Notes: generated from the letters alone by a model not told the origin. 64,000 nucleotides of DNA from an uncultured Planctomycetaceae bacterium (GCA_963779015.1 CAVZWY010000022.1:3890-67889), one strand, 5' to 3'; shown: positions 1-11,360, counted from the stretch's first letter. Numbers and translations are program-made.

Positions 1-1
1 G

Positions 2-280
2 CTCTCGGTGTTCAAGTTCAAGGACACCGAGGAAGTGGTCGACCGCGGCAACAAGACGTTCTACGGTTTGGCCGCCGCCGTGTGGACCCGCGACATCGGC
101 CGCGCCACCACGTTGGCCACCCGTTTGCGGGCCGGCACCGTGTGGGTCAACTGCTACGACGTGTTCGACACGGCCGCGCCGTTCGGCGGCTTCAAGATGT
201 CGGGCATGGGCCGCGAGCTCGGTGAAGAGGGCTTGAAGCCCTACCTGGAAAACAAGACGGTCACCGTCAGCATGGCGTAG
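2..280 (+). CDS. aldehyde dehydrogenase family protein, C-terminal fragment (5' end lies outside the window)
   Basis: The ORF 8..280 translation ends ...[29 protein letters not shown], a typical ALDH C-terminus. The frame is open back to the window edge. Confidence 0.8.
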   Translation, partial: LSVFKFKDTEEVVDRGNKTFYGLAAAVWTRDIGRATTLATRLRAGTVWVNCYDVFDTAAPFGGFKMSGMGRELGEEGLKPYLENKTVTVSMA

Positions 281-322
281 TGCCGGCGGACGACGTCCAA
301 GTCTTGTATGATGCTTGATACA

Positions 323-364
323 CCGCGCCGGTCGCTGAGCACCATCAGCGCCGGCGCGGTTTTT
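323..364 (+). terminator. rho-independent terminator candidate downstream of the ALDH gene
   Basis: A 9-bp stem, CCGCGCCGG (323-331) pairing with CCGGCGCGG (351-359), is followed by TTTTT (360-364). Confidence 0.55.
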
Positions 365-428
365 CGTCGCGTCGGCGACGCGGACCCGCCGGCGGAGCCA
401 CTGGCTGATGACGCCGGTTACCGCCGGT

Positions 429-458
429 TTGACAACCCTTCGGCGCGGTCCGTAGAAT
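429..458 (+). promoter_or_regulatory. sigma70-like promoter candidate for purM
   Basis: TTGACA (429-434), an 18-nt spacer and TAGAAT (453-458) lie about 35 nt upstream of the ATG at 494. Confidence 0.5.
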
Positions 459-493
459 GCCCAACTCTCCTTCTGGCAACCGTGCGAAACGTA

Positions 494-1555
494 ATGGCCA
501 AAGCGACTTACAAGGACTCGGGGGTCGATCTCGACGTATATCGGCAGTCGATGGCCCGGCTGCCCCGGCTGTTGCATCGCACGCACAGTCCGCGCGTCAT
601 TCCCAACGACGGCGGCTTTGCCGGACTGTTTCAGCTCGACTTTGCCAGCGCGCTGTTTGCCCGCAAGTATGAAGACCCCGTGCTGGTCTCGTGCACCGAC
701 GGCGTGGGCACGAAGCTCAAGGTGGCCACGCTGGCCGGCGTACACAACACGGTGGGCATCGACCTGGTGGCCATGAGCGTCAACGACGCGCTGTGCACCG
801 GCGCCGAGCCGTTGTTCTTCCTCGACTACGTGGCCATGTCGCACGACGATCCCGCATTGCTGGAACAAATCGTCGAGGGCATCTCCAACGGTTGCAGCGA
901 AGCCGACTGCGCACTATTGGGGGGCGAGACGGCCATCATGTCCGACCTGTACGCCCGGGGCGACTACGACCTGGCCGGCTTCTGCGTGGGCGTGGCCGAC
1001 CGGGCCCGGCTGATCGACGGCCGTTCCATCTCGCCCGACGACACCATCCTGGGACTCGCCGCCAGCGGCTTGCACTCCAACGGCTACAGCCTGGTGCGCA
1101 AGATCGTCTTTGACATCGCGGGCCTGAAGGTCGGCGACCACGTCGAGGAGTTGGGCGAAACGGTCGCTCAAGCGCTGCTCACGCCCACCCGGCTGTACGT
1201 GCGCCCCATCCGCCGCGTGCTGAACTACTACACGGTCAAACGCGTCGTACACGGCATTGCCCACATCACCGGCGGCGGACTGCACGAGAACCTCGAACGC
1301 ATCCTGCCCGAAGGCATCCGCGCCGTCATCGAGCGCGACAGTTGGACCGTGCCGCCGGTGTTTCCCTGGCTGTCCCGGCTGGGAGAAGTCGATGCCGAGG
1401 AAATGGACCAGGTGTTCAACATGGGCATCGGCATGGCACTAGTCGTCAGCACCTACTATGCCGACGCCATCCGCCACCAACTGACCGACAGCGGCATCGA
1501 AAGCTGGATCATCGGCAAGACCATCGCCGGCCAGCGCGGCGTCGAGTGGGCGTGA
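494..1555 (+). CDS. purM: phosphoribosylformylglycinamidine cyclo-ligase (AIR synthetase)
   Basis: The conserved PurM N-terminus [12 protein letters not shown] starts at the internal ATG at 494 of ORF 308..1555. DGVGTKLK and AIR-synthase-like motifs are present, and the promoter motif just upstream supports the 494 start. Confidence 0.93.
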   Translation: MAKATYKDSGVDLDVYRQSMARLPRLLHRTHSPRVIPNDGGFAGLFQLDFASALFARKYEDPVLVSCTDGVGTKLKVATLAGVHNTVGIDLVAMSVNDALCTGAEPLFFLDYVAMSHDDPALLEQIVEGISNGCSEADCALLGGETAIMSDLYARGDYDLAGFCVGVADRARLIDGRSISPDDTILGLAASGLHSNGYSLVRKIVFDIAGLKVGDHVEELGETVAQALLTPTRLYVRPIRRVLNYYTVKRVVHGIAHITGGGLHENLERILPEGIRAVIERDSWTVPPVFPWLSRLGEVDAEEMDQVFNMGIGMALVVSTYYADAIRHQLTDSGIESWIIGKTIAGQRGVEWA

Positions 1556-4094
1556 AGCAAATTGCCGTCGCCGTAATCAAGAGTCCCCCGGCGGAGCCGG
1601 CGGCTGCACGATTGATCGACATGCTTCCTTTGATCAGCCTCCGGCTCGGCCGGGGGATCGCATTGCGCACAACTCCGCCACGACCAAACCGCCCGAACGG
1701 CATCGCGGCCAACTCTTTGGCAGCCGGCTTGGATGGACCGGCTTCGGCAATGGCGTCGAGCACCTGTTGCTTCGTGATCAGGTCGCTCAGCACGATCGGC
1801 TTGCTGTGTTCGCCCGGCGGATAGATCGCCAGTTGCGGAATCGAGTTGCGGTTGATCGATTCCAGCGCCGACTTGATTTCGTCCGACGGCTCGGACCAGT
1901 CGGCCAGCAGTGGCACGACTTTGTTCTTCTCGATCAGTTCCTTGACGTCCTCGGTATCAATGGCAGTCGCCAGGTTCACCTTGCAGGTCAAACACCAATC
2001 GGCCGTGAAGTCGACCAGCACGGTGTGGCCTTCGGCGGTGAGCCGTTGCACCTCCGATCGGGAAAAGTTCTGCCAGGCAATCAGCGATTCGTGCGGCGTG
2101 AGCCAATGGAACGAGGCCCAACCCACCGCCAGCGCCACGGCCGTGCCTTGCGCCCAAGCCTTCATCCGCACGGGCAGCGGCTCCACGAACGAGATCCGCC
2201 CAATCCACCAACAGGCGGCCCAAATGCCGATCATCATCGCAAACGTCGGCACGATGTAGTCCTTGTCCATGAACGTGAACAAGAACACGATCGTGCCCAA
2301 CAGCACGAAACCCATGATGTGCTTGAACGTCTCCATCCACGCGCCCGGCTTCGGCAGAAAGCGAATCAATCGCGGGAACGCGCCGATCAGCAGATACGGC
2401 GAAGCCATGCCCAATCCCATGGCGCCAAAAATCAGGAATGTCACCTCGGGCGGCTGAGTCAACGTAAAGCCGAACACGGGCCCCAGAAACGGACCGCTGC
2501 ACGGCGTGGAGAGCACCGTGGCCAACGCCCCCTTGGCGAACGCGCCCACGAATCCCTCGCGACTCGCCAGGTGGTTGGCCTTGCCAGAGGCCGCGAATCC
2601 GGGAATGGGTATTTCCCAAATTCCCAGAAAGCTAAGCGCCATCGCGAACACCAGCCCCACCATCACGACGTTGAACGTGGTGGAGGTAAACTGCTGTCCC
2701 CAGCCGAGGTTCTCGTCGCTCAATCCCAAGCTCGCGCCAGTGGCCAAAACCGCCAGCACCAGAAATACGCTCATCAGGCCCAGCGAATACCAGATGTTTA
2801 GCGCCAGGATCTGCGTTCGATGCCGCCCCGATTGTTCGGCGAACGACAGAATCTTCAACCCGATGACCGGCAACACGCACGGCATGAAGTTCAACAAGAA
2901 CCCGCCCAGAAAACCAAACAGCAACACGACCGGCAGCGAGGACAATTCGCTGTCGGACGGCGCCAGCGCGCTATCGGGCTCCATGTCGGCGCGACGCGTA
3001 TTGAGTGTCTGCGCCAGCTTGGCCGCCTGGCCGTACTTGCCATCGGCAAATCGCAGCGGCGCGGCGCCGGCGTTCTTGCCGGACGCTCCGACGGCAATCG
3101 TGCCGGTAAAACTGGCGCCGCGCGGCAGATCGCACGCATCGTCCTGGCAAACCTGATAGCCGATCATGCCGTCGATCGCGTACGCGCCCGGCTTGGCGTC
3201 GGCGGGAATCTTGATCATCGTGGTCCACGCCACGTGTCCCACGTGATAGCGGGGCGCCGGCTCGCCCGGCAGCAGCGACTCGCCCACGACCACCTTGCTG
3301 TCCGTCGTGGTGCGCGAAATCGGCAAGCCCGAGGTGTTCGTCAGCACGATCAGCGTCGGCTTGTTGCCCGGCACATTGGGATCGACTCTGGCCAGCTCAT
3401 AGATGTGCCAACCCTGGGCGGGAGTCGCCTCGATCACCAACTTCGCGGTGCCGCCCGGCGCCAGGTTCGCAGGCTCGATCCGACCGCTGAGCGTCACGTG
3501 GTCATTGGGGTCGGAATAAACTTCCACGCCGGCCGCGGCCGCCGGCTCTTGCGCCGTCATGCCCGCGGTGAATTTGAATACCGTCGGCTGCAGGCAACTT
3601 GTCTCGCTGCACGTTTGGATCCGTGCCTTGCCCGAGATGTTCAGGCCGCGCGGATCGACGCCCTTGGCGACCTCGATCGACGCATGCCAGGTGACCTCGC
3701 CGGAAAACTCCTCGAACTCGTCGCCGTCCGTGCGGACCACTTCCGGCGGCAGATTGGGCAGGAATGGGCCGGTGACGCGATAGTTGGGCGATTCGTCGAC
3801 CGTGATCGTTGTAGGCACGGCCCGGACCGGCTTCTGGCTGATCGAATAGATGTGCCAGCCCGGCTGAATCGTGGCCGTCACGGCCAACGAAGCCTTGCCT
3901 GAGGCATCCGGCGGCGTGAACCCGGCGCGCACCGCGATCACCGACTCGGGCGTGGCCAGCGCGGAGTCGATTTGCCCGGTCAACGGTCGACCGGTCAGAA
4001 TGTTGTCGACTTGGGGCTGCGCCCAGGCAGCATTGGCCGCGACCACGATCACCGCGGCCCACAGCCAATAGACGAAGCGAGGCATGGTGGGCAT
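1509..4094 (-). CDS. dsbD: thiol:disulfide interchange protein DsbD-like (large periplasmic N-domain, CcdA/DsbD membrane core, C-terminal thioredoxin)
   Basis: There is a signal peptide ([25 protein letters not shown]), a membrane core with [11 protein letters not shown] and TPCSGPFLG motifs, and a thioredoxin WCLTC motif. The last ~70 aa are low-complexity and overlap purM convergently by 47 nt, so the 3' end is uncertain. Confidence 0.8.
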   Translation of the reverse strand: MPTMPRFVYWLWAAVIVVAANAAWAQPQVDNILTGRPLTGQIDSALATPESVIAVRAGFTPPDASGKASLAVTATIQPGWHIYSISQKPVRAVPTTITVDESPNYRVTGPFLPNLPPEVVRTDGDEFEEFSGEVTWHASIEVAKGVDPRGLNISGKARIQTCSETSCLQPTVFKFTAGMTAQEPAAAAGVEVYSDPNDHVTLSGRIEPANLAPGGTAKLVIEATPAQGWHIYELARVDPNVPGNKPTLIVLTNTSGLPISRTTTDSKVVVGESLLPGEPAPRYHVGHVAWTTMIKIPADAKPGAYAIDGMIGYQVCQDDACDLPRGASFTGTIAVGASGKNAGAAPLRFADGKYGQAAKLAQTLNTRRADMEPDSALAPSDSELSSLPVVLLFGFLGGFLLNFMPCVLPVIGLKILSFAEQSGRHRTQILALNIWYSLGLMSVFLVLAVLATGASLGLSDENLGWGQQFTSTTFNVVMVGLVFAMALSFLGIWEIPIPGFAASGKANHLASREGFVGAFAKGALATVLSTPCSGPFLGPVFGFTLTQPPEVTFLIFGAMGLGMASPYLLIGAFPRLIRFLPKPGAWMETFKHIMGFVLLGTIVFLFTFMDKDYIVPTFAMMIGIWAACWWIGRISFVEPLPVRMKAWAQGTAVALAVGWASFHWLTPHESLIAWQNFSRSEVQRLTAEGHTVLVDFTADWCLTCKVNLATAIDTEDVKELIEKNKVVPLLADWSEPSDEIKSALESINRNSIPQLAIYPPGEHSKPIVLSDLITKQQVLDAIAEAGPSKPAAKELAAMPFGRFGRGGVVRNAIPRPSRRLIKGSMSINRAAAGSAGGLLITATAICFTPTRRRAGRRWSCR

Positions 4095-4351
4095 CCGTCT
4101 TATATCCTTACAAGATAAGGCATTAAGGACTAGGCAGGTATTTTAGCGTCGCAGCCAGGCTGCGGCAACGCCGCTTCACCGCGAGGGCAAGAAGGCAAGA
4201 AGTTGGGCAACGTCCGGATTTTTCGGTGCTCCGGGAGAGATTTGGAACTGCCCCTCTCTGCTGGCAGGGCAACGACTTTGCAAGCCGCTGCCAGTACGCA
4301 GTTTTGCAGCAATTGGTTCAACGATTGGCGTGTCCGCTAAAGCGGACTTCC

Positions 4352-5386
4352 CTACGGCAAATCTACGCCACTGCGTCCCTGGGCAAGGCAACCCAATCGC
4401 GCCACGAATTCGTCGACCCGGGCCAGCACGCCCGCCGGATCGCTAAATACGTGCTCTTCCAGGTACAGCCACTCCAGCCATTGCAGCCCTCCCATCAACA
4501 CGGTGCTGCGGTCGAAGGCCCCCACGAGCCGCAATTCGTCGGCACTCAGCGGGCGGATTTGCTCATAGGCCGCCAGTCCCCGCTGCCAATCCGCCGCCAC
4601 GTCGCCGGCCAGGCTTCCCAGCAAGCGAGCCACGTCGGCCGCCACGTTCTCGGGCCGCATCGAGCCAAAATCGACGATGCCGCTTACTTTGTCTCCCTCG
4701 AACAGCACGTGCGCATGCCAGATGTCGCGCAGACACGGCTGCAGACCGACTCGCCGCTGTGCTGCCGCGTTCAACGCATCCAAAACACCCGGCGCCGCAA
4801 GCGCGAACAGTTCAATCAGCCGTTGCCCGCGCGCCGCCAACTCGGGCCAAACGCCGTCGCGGGTTGCCAACCGCAACGATTCGATGCGGCCTGCCAGCAA
4901 TTCGTGCAGCCGGGCGAGCCGTTCCGCGATGCCGGGCGACGTCACTGGCCCTGCTTCCGGCAAAGGAAACGACGCGGCGGTACGGTGAAATCGCGCCAGT
5001 GCCGCCAGCGCGTGCGAGAGCTTCTCGGGCGAGGGATGTTGGCGATAGTCGGCCGCGCCGGGCAGCCAGCGCGTCAATTCCCACAAGTGTCCGGCGAATA
5101 GGACGTAGCCGTGGCGATGTTGGGTTTCCAGCGGCAACGGGATGGCGTGAAAGCCCTCCTGGTCGACGTGCCAGAGCACTGCTTGGATGAACTCGAGCCG
5201 CTGCTGATCGGGGTGCCGCGGGGGCCAGCGCCGCAGGCAAAGCGTGCCCCGCGGCGTGCGCAGCCGCCAGATCCGCGCGCCGCTGAAGCCGCCGGTTTCG
5301 GTAAGCGGTTCGATGGCGCTGGGCTGGCAGTCGTCGGGGTACAGCCGCAGCACCCGTTCGATTTTGTTGCTGCTGTCGACGGACAT
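4352..5386 (-). CDS. phosphotransferase enzyme family protein (APH / homoserine-kinase-II-like)
   Basis: The 344-aa ORF carries an HAHVLFEGDKVSGIVDFG catalytic-loop-like motif typical of the APH/ChoK kinase fold. Confidence 0.7.
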   Translation of the reverse strand: MSVDSSNKIERVLRLYPDDCQPSAIEPLTETGGFSGARIWRLRTPRGTLCLRRWPPRHPDQQRLEFIQAVLWHVDQEGFHAIPLPLETQHRHGYVLFAGHLWELTRWLPGAADYRQHPSPEKLSHALAALARFHRTAASFPLPEAGPVTSPGIAERLARLHELLAGRIESLRLATRDGVWPELAARGQRLIELFALAAPGVLDALNAAAQRRVGLQPCLRDIWHAHVLFEGDKVSGIVDFGSMRPENVAADVARLLGSLAGDVAADWQRGLAAYEQIRPLSADELRLVGAFDRSTVLMGGLQWLEWLYLEEHVFSDPAGVLARVDEFVARLGCLAQGRSGVDLP

Positions 5387-5669
5387 CGTCGGGATTCTCG
5401 CCAGCCCACGTATAGAATAAAAGCGCGCACCGCCTTTATATTCGGCACGTAGCTCACAATCACATTCCCCGCCGGCGGCAATCCAGCATAATCGCCCTGA
5501 AAACCCTGTCTTTTCCCAGCTTCGGCCAGCGACAGTTGCACCCGGAGTGTGGCCTATTGGGGGCTGGTTAGATTAGGATATATTTAACACGGTTAATGGC
5601 TGCAGGACCGGTGTCCTGCCGGCAAAAAGCAGGACTACGTCACGCCTTACGTCCCTTGTGTGAGAAACC

Positions 5670-8357
5670 ATGATGAATCCTCGCCCCCTACTGATTGGCT
5701 GCACGGTCGCCTGCCTGCTGACTGCCTGGGCTCCCTGTTCCCGGGCCGATGATCCCAAACCGGACGCGGGGGCCGAGAAAAAAGACGAAGCCAAGCCCAG
5801 CACCACCAGTAAAAGCACCACCTCCAGCTCGGGCAAGAAGAGCTATGCCGACGTCGTCAAGGACTTCAGCACGATCGACGGCATGATCAAGATGCATCGC
5901 AAGGGCAACCAACTTTTGGCCGAGCTGTCCAGCAGCGACCTGAACAAGGACTATATCGTCCTGATCTCGATCGCCAAGGGCATCGGGCGCGGACCGATCT
6001 TGGGCGGCATGACCTGGGGATTCGGCGACGATTGGATCTGGCAATTCCGCAAATCGGACGACCGGATCCATGTCGTGCGGCGAAACGTCCGCTTCAAGGC
6101 GAAAAAGGGGGATCCACAGGAGCGGGCCGTCGGACTCGCCTTCACCGACAGCGTGCTGTTCAGCCTGCCGATTATCACCACGAGCCCCAGCGGCGCGCAC
6201 GTGGTGGACATGACGAGCATCTTCATGGGCGATCTGCCGCAGATTTCCTCCACGTTGCCAGGCTTTACGTTCTCCTCCGACAAGTCGGCCTGGGCCGAAG
6301 GCTTTCCCAAGGGCTTTCCCCACAACATCGAGCTGGAAGTGGCCGCCACGTACGCCTCGAGCGGCAAGATGGATCTCGATAGCGTGGCCGACAGCCGCGG
6401 CGCCACGATTCACGTCCACTACTCGATCAGCGCGTTGCCCGAATCCGGCTACAAGCCGCGTTTGGCCGACGACCGCGTGGGCTATTTCCTCACCGTGGTC
6501 AAAGACTGGTCGCACGAAAGCGACGACGACCGCTTCGTGCGCTACATCAATCGCTGGGATCTGCAAAAGGCCGATCCCGACGCCAAGCTCTCTCCGCCCA
6601 AGAAACCGATCACGTTCTGGCTGGAAAAGACCATCCCCTATGCCTATCGCAAACCGATTCGCGAAGGCATCGAAGAATGGAACAAAGCCTTCGAGCACGC
6701 CGGCTTCGTCAACGCCATCGAAGTGCGCCAACAGCAGGACAAAGACGATTGGGATCCGGAAGACATTCGCTACAACACGTTCCGCTGGATCACGGCTAGC
6801 GCCGGTTTTGCCATGGGACCGTCGCGCGTGAATCCGCACAACGGCCAAATCCTCGACGCCGACGTGATCTTCGACGCCGACTTCTTGCAGTTCTGGAAAC
6901 GCGAGTACGAAAACTTCACCGCCGAGGGCATTGCCGCCATGACCGGCGGACCGCTCGATCTGCAAAGCTACCAGGAACAAATCCGCACCCAGGGCTCCGA
7001 CAGCGCCATCCGCTGCGAGCTGCACCACGGATTGGCTCGCGAGTTCGCACTGGGCGCCGCCGTGATGGCCGGCCGCAAGTCGAACCCCGAGGATCTCGAC
7101 CGCCTGGTGACCCAGGGGCTCAAGGAAGTGACGATGCACGAAATCGGCCATACGCTCGGCTTGCGTCACAACTTCAAGGCCAGCACGATGCTCGCGATCG
7201 ACGACGTCAACGACACCAAGAAGACCAGCGAAGTCGGCTTGTCGGCCTCGGTGATGGACTACAATCCCACCAACATCTCGCCCAAAGACGTGCCACAGGG
7301 CGATTACTTTTCGACGACCATCGGCCCCTACGACATCTGGGCCATCGAATACGGCTACAAACCGTTCAGCGGCGGCACCGAAGGCGAGGTCAAGGAACTG
7401 AAGAAAATCGCGGCCCGCGCCGGCGAGCCCGAGTTGGCCTACGCCACCGACGAAGACACCCGCGGCATCGATCCGGATCCTCTCTCGAATCGCTTCGACA
7501 TGGGCAAGGACCCCGTGGCGTATGCCAAGCAGCGCTCGCAGCTCATTGCCGAGCAATGGCCCAAAGTCATCGAGGAAACCACCAAAGACGGCGAAGGTTA
7601 TCAAAAAGTTCGCCAGGCGTTTGGCATCCTGCTGGGCAATCACGGCCAGTCGATGTACTTCGTCTCGCGCTTCATCGGCGGCATGTACGTACACCGGGCT
7701 CACAAGGGCGATCCGGATGCCCAACCGCCGTTCGTCGTCGTCGACGTGAAGAAACAGCGCGAAGCGCTCGAGTTGCTGGAAGATCAGGTGTTCAGCGATA
7801 AGCCGTTCGATTTCCCTCGCGAGCTGTATGGCTACCTCGCCAGTTCTCGCTGGTCGCACTGGGGCACCGACATGCCGATGCGCACCGACTACCCCGTGCA
7901 CGAAGTGATCGGCATGTGGCAAAGCCGGATCCTGGCGCAGTTACTCTCGTCGCTGACGCTCGAACGCTTGCACGACAGCGAACTGCATCTGCCGCCCGAC
8001 CAGGATGCCCTGACCACGGCCGAACTGCTGGATCGGTTGACCAAAGCCATCTTTGCCGAAGTCGGCAATCTGCCCGAGGGCGACTATACCAATCGCAAGC
8101 CGGCCATCAGCAGCCTGCGCCGCAACCTGCAGCGCGCCTACTTGAAGGACCTGGCCGACATCGCCCTGGGCAACACGCGGGCGCCCGAGGATTGCCAAAC
8201 CGTGGCCTACGCCGAGCTCAAGGGTTTGGAAGATCGCATCAACGCGACGCTCGACGGCAATAAGAAGCTCGACACCTACAGCCGGGCGCACCTGGAAGAA
8301 TCGGCCAGCCGCATCCACAAGGTGATCGACAGCCGCTTGACGTTCAGCCGGCCGTAA
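5670..8357 (+). CDS. secreted zinc-dependent metalloprotease (large multi-domain, zincin HExxH)
   Basis: The ORF has a signal peptide and the motif TMHEIGHTLGLRHNF. Its 895-aa architecture resembles the large uncharacterised zinc-metalloprotease family. Confidence 0.85.
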   Translation: MMNPRPLLIGCTVACLLTAWAPCSRADDPKPDAGAEKKDEAKPSTTSKSTTSSSGKKSYADVVKDFSTIDGMIKMHRKGNQLLAELSSSDLNKDYIVLISIAKGIGRGPILGGMTWGFGDDWIWQFRKSDDRIHVVRRNVRFKAKKGDPQERAVGLAFTDSVLFSLPIITTSPSGAHVVDMTSIFMGDLPQISSTLPGFTFSSDKSAWAEGFPKGFPHNIELEVAATYASSGKMDLDSVADSRGATIHVHYSISALPESGYKPRLADDRVGYFLTVVKDWSHESDDDRFVRYINRWDLQKADPDAKLSPPKKPITFWLEKTIPYAYRKPIREGIEEWNKAFEHAGFVNAIEVRQQQDKDDWDPEDIRYNTFRWITASAGFAMGPSRVNPHNGQILDADVIFDADFLQFWKREYENFTAEGIAAMTGGPLDLQSYQEQIRTQGSDSAIRCELHHGLAREFALGAAVMAGRKSNPEDLDRLVTQGLKEVTMHEIGHTLGLRHNFKASTMLAIDDVNDTKKTSEVGLSASVMDYNPTNISPKDVPQGDYFSTTIGPYDIWAIEYGYKPFSGGTEGEVKELKKIAARAGEPELAYATDEDTRGIDPDPLSNRFDMGKDPVAYAKQRSQLIAEQWPKVIEETTKDGEGYQKVRQAFGILLGNHGQSMYFVSRFIGGMYVHRAHKGDPDAQPPFVVVDVKKQREALELLEDQVFSDKPFDFPRELYGYLASSRWSHWGTDMPMRTDYPVHEVIGMWQSRILAQLLSSLTLERLHDSELHLPPDQDALTTAELLDRLTKAIFAEVGNLPEGDYTNRKPAISSLRRNLQRAYLKDLADIALGNTRAPEDCQTVAYAELKGLEDRINATLDGNKKLDTYSRAHLEESASRIHKVIDSRLTFSRP

Positions 8358-8428
8358 GTCGAAGCTGTCGGCAACAGGCATAAATGAACGACGTCGGGTC
8401 CAGGCAAACAAGGAAGGCGTGCGAGCCG

Positions 8429-8860
8429 ATGAGAATGGTCATCGCGGTCATTCAGCCCACCAAGCTCAGCGAAGTGCGCGAGGCGCTGGCCAAGATCGGG
8501 GTCACGCGCATGACAGTCTGCGACGCCCAGGGCTACGGCCGCCAGCGCGGCCAGACGCAGATCTATCGCGGCAACGAGTACAAAACCAACCTGCTGCGCA
8601 AAATCGCCCTGGAGATCCTGGTCAACGAAGACTTTCTCGATCGCACGGTGGAAACGTTGACCAGCGTGGCCCGCACCGGCGAAGAAGGCATTATCGGCGA
8701 CGGCAAAATCTTCATTCTGCCCGCGGAAAACTCGATCGACATCGGCACCGGCGCAAGGCCCCGGCGCCGTCTAGCATCGGCCAAGAGTAACAGCCTGGGG
8801 ACCCCAGCAACCCGGCCGTCCAATCGGTGCTGGCCGCCGCCGGCGGGTCGCTGCCGGTGA
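8429..8860 (+). CDS. glnB: nitrogen regulatory protein P-II with an aberrant extended C-terminus (probable frameshift near 8750-8756)
   Basis: MRMVIAVIQPTKLSEVREAL...GYGRQRGQTQIYRGNEYKTN (T-loop with a Tyr51 equivalent)...DGKIFILPAE. After IGTG the frame runs on for ~45 non-homologous aa. A 1-nt shift would give TG(E)QGPGAV followed by a stop at 8772-8774, a canonical ~115-aa P-II. Confidence 0.8.
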   Translation: MRMVIAVIQPTKLSEVREALAKIGVTRMTVCDAQGYGRQRGQTQIYRGNEYKTNLLRKIALEILVNEDFLDRTVETLTSVARTGEEGIIGDGKIFILPAENSIDIGTGARPRRRLASAKSNSLGTPATRPSNRCWPPPAGRCR

Positions 8861-9209
8861 AACAGAATCTGCCGCTGCGGTGGACCGACACCGTCACCTT
8901 CCGCCTCGGCTACGAGACCGATCTGAGCGACTTCAACGTGCTCCGCTTCGGCTACGACTATGAGCCCAACCCCTCGCCCAACTCCACGTTCAATCCGTAT
9001 CTCGGCGGCGGGCCGAAACACGTCTTCAGCCTTGGCTTCAGTCACAAGCTGCGCCGCGCCAGCGCGCCATCTTCAACGCGGCCTACCAGTACGCGTTCGG
9101 CCCCACCCGACACGTCGGCGTCAGCACGCTGGTCGGCGGCCAGTTCGACGGCAGCACCTATCAGTCCGACGCGCACTACGCGACGATGAGCCTGTCGATT
9201 CCGTACTAG
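8788..9209 (+). pseudogene. 3' remnant of a FadL/OMPP1-type outer-membrane channel gene, itself frameshifted near 9045-9062
   Basis: Frame 1 reads ...LPLRWTDTVTFRLGYETDLSDFNVLRFGYDYEPNPSP...HVFSLGFSHKL. Frame 0 then continues AIFNAAYQYAFGPTRHVGVSTLVGGQFDGSTYQSDAHYATMSLSIPY to a stop at 9207-9209. About 300 N-terminal residues of such a barrel are absent. Confidence 0.6.
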
Positions 9210-9387
9210 CGGCACGAGGCAAACGGCACGTTTGGGTGGCGCCGACGAGTGACCCGGCGTAGCTTGTCATAGCTGCAACCGGCAAGACCGCGCACCGTTT
9301 GCTCGTTGTGCGGCAACCAGCTACACTTGCCCTGGCAACGCAAATCCCGGCCCAAGCAGCACTCGACAAGCTCGCCGTCGAGAAGTC

Positions 9388-9739
9388 ATGTCCGTCCTGG
9401 TGCTCACCACCGACCTGTTGCTGCAATCGCAGCTTGCCGGCGCCGCACAGCGCGGGCCAGCCGTTCAAAACGGTCAGCTCGGTTGAGGCGCTGTTGGCCA
9501 AAGCGGCGGACGCGCCGCCGGTGCTGGTCATCCTCGATCTGTCGCTCGATACGCTTCACCCGGCAGCGCTCGTGCAACAACTGAAGGAGCAAACGCCGTC
9601 AACACGGGTGGTCGCCTTCGGACCGCACGTGCATCGCCAGCGACTGGCCGACGCCAAAGCGGCGGGCTGCGACGCCGTCATGTCGCGCGGCCAGTTTCAC
9701 GCCGAAGCGGAAGGTCTGCTACGAAGCCTGGCCGGCTAG
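9388..9739 (+). CDS. CheY-like receiver-fold protein (atypical), frameshifted near 9450-9458
   Basis: The ATG at 9388 gives MSVLVLTTDLLLQSQLAGAAQR, a beta1-alpha1 receiver start. It joins the 9299..9739 frame (...GQPFKTVSSVEALL...VLVILDLSL...VVAFGPHV...) only with a 1-nt shift at a GGG run. Confidence 0.5.
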
Positions 9740-9771
9740 CCGCGTGCGCAGCCGCCGCGGCCCGACGCGTG

Positions 9772-11131
9772 CTATCCCGTTGGCGCCGGAGCATCGTCGG
9801 CCGGCTCCACGATGCCGTCATCGCCGGTCTTCAAGGGAGGCAGTCCGTGCAGTTGCTGCTCCTCGGGAAAATACACTTCGTCCAACTCCGTGGCGTCGAC
9901 TTCGCGTCGCAGCAGAAAATAAATCGCGGTCGTGGCAACCCAGAAGTAGCTGAACACGAACGCCAGCGTCAGGGTCGTCACGCAGCCGTTCCAAAACAGG
10001 ATGAACCGCGCGCCGGTACGCCCAAGATTGCCTAGTTCGTCCGCGCTATTCATCACGGCCAACCGATCCGCGCCGCTGCCCCAACTGACGCCCCAATAGC
10101 TCAACTCGATGATCCAAAAGGCAAACTGCGTCACCACGAACCACGCCAACACGCCAACAACGGCGGCCAACACGGCATAAAGAAAGTATCGCAACGGCCG
10201 TTGCATTACATAGGCATACGCATGGCTCAGCGCCAAAAGCGTCGGTACCCTCGGTGCTGATCGCAGCCCACATCAGCGGCCAGCAAAAGTAGAGCCCGAT
10301 CAACAAGAACGCCATGATAAAGCCGCCAACGAGGACCAGCGGCCAGACGATGCCGGCCACCAGCAGCCCGAAGTCTTTCTGCATCATCAGCCCGACCAGC
10401 GCCAACACGGCGGCGCCCATGAACGTCAGCAAGATGGGCATCAGCGGCGCCGCGACATACGAAAACCAGCGCGGCCGCACGAAGCCCCCCACTTTGCGCC
10501 ACGAAACATTCTCTTGCCGTGCCAACGAGACCGCGGCAATCCGCGTAATCGCGCCCCCAAAAAAGGCCCACACCGCCAGACTCCACAGTGCGCAACAAAG
10601 CCAGTACGTCCATTGCGTGAGGGTCGTCTCGGCACGATAAAACTTCTTGAACGGATCACCGATCGCGGTCCATCCGCGCACCAGCGGGCTGCCGTGTTCC
10701 CAAGTCTCCAGCGACAGCAAATCGCCGGGCTGCAAGGCAACGATGCGTCCCTCCCAAGGCCAAGCGCCATTGAGATCCATTTCGTTTTGCAAAGTCAGGT
10801 TGTCCGTGTTGGCAAACAGATCGCCCAGCACGCGCCAGCCGGCCGTGGTTCCCACCAGCGCCAGCGCCGCCAACACCAGCAGCCGAACGTTGAGCGCCAT
10901 CCGCGCCGCCGACAGCAGGCGCAACACCGGAAACAGTTCCTGCCACGCCACCGCCCTGAGAGTGTCACGATCCTGTGCCATTCGACCAGCTCCAGACCCC
11001 GCAAAAATGCCCAGACTACCCGCCCGCACGGCAAGTATACGATTTATCCAGTCCGCCAAGAATAGCGAATGGGGCGGAACGCTACGAGGGCCAAGAGAGT
11101 CCAGGCGGCTGTAATCGATCGCCGCGATCAC
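9772..11131 (-). CDS. polytopic membrane protein of unknown function, split by a frameshift near 10225-10240
   Basis: ORF 10046..11131 ends ...AAISTEGTDAFGA, and ORF 9772..10236 continues LSHAYAYVMQRPLRYFLYAV... with further TM helices. The GTG start overlaps the yacG stop (GTGA). Confidence 0.6.
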
Positions 11132-11331
11132 AACGCGTCGTCATCGTCATCCGCTCGGTGGGCATCGTCGGCTGGATCCCATTCTTCCGACTCGCGAAAC
11201 GGGATCGAGATATCCTCGTTGAGCCAGCGGCCCAAGTCGATGCTCCGGCAGCGAGCACTGCAAAAGGGCATCGCCGCCGAATGCTCGGAGTCGAACGGCT
11301 GGCCACAGGTTGGACACTTTACGGCGGCCAT
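11128..11331 (-). CDS. yacG: DNA gyrase inhibitor YacG-like zinc-binding protein
   Basis: The protein reads MAAVKCPTCGQPF...MPFCSARCRSIDLGRWLNEDISIP, followed by an acidic tail. Confidence 0.8.
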   Translation of the reverse strand: MAAVKCPTCGQPFDSEHSAAMPFCSARCRSIDLGRWLNEDISIPFRESEEWDPADDAHRADDDDDAL

Positions 11332-11360
11332 GGAACGGTTCACGCGCCAAAGCACGCGTG

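Noticed and set aside
5688-7922. Very long antisense ORFs. Examples are 5688..7922(-), 12376..13500(+), 13640..14893(+), 16253..17887(+), 19233..20714(-), 23211..24356(-), 38371..39834(-), 39985..40926(+) and 40933..42114(+).
   Set aside because: Each lies opposite a gene with strong family motifs. Their translations are Arg/Ala/Gly/His-rich low-complexity sequence with no recognisable domains. These are typical shadow ORFs of a high-GC genome with few stop codons.
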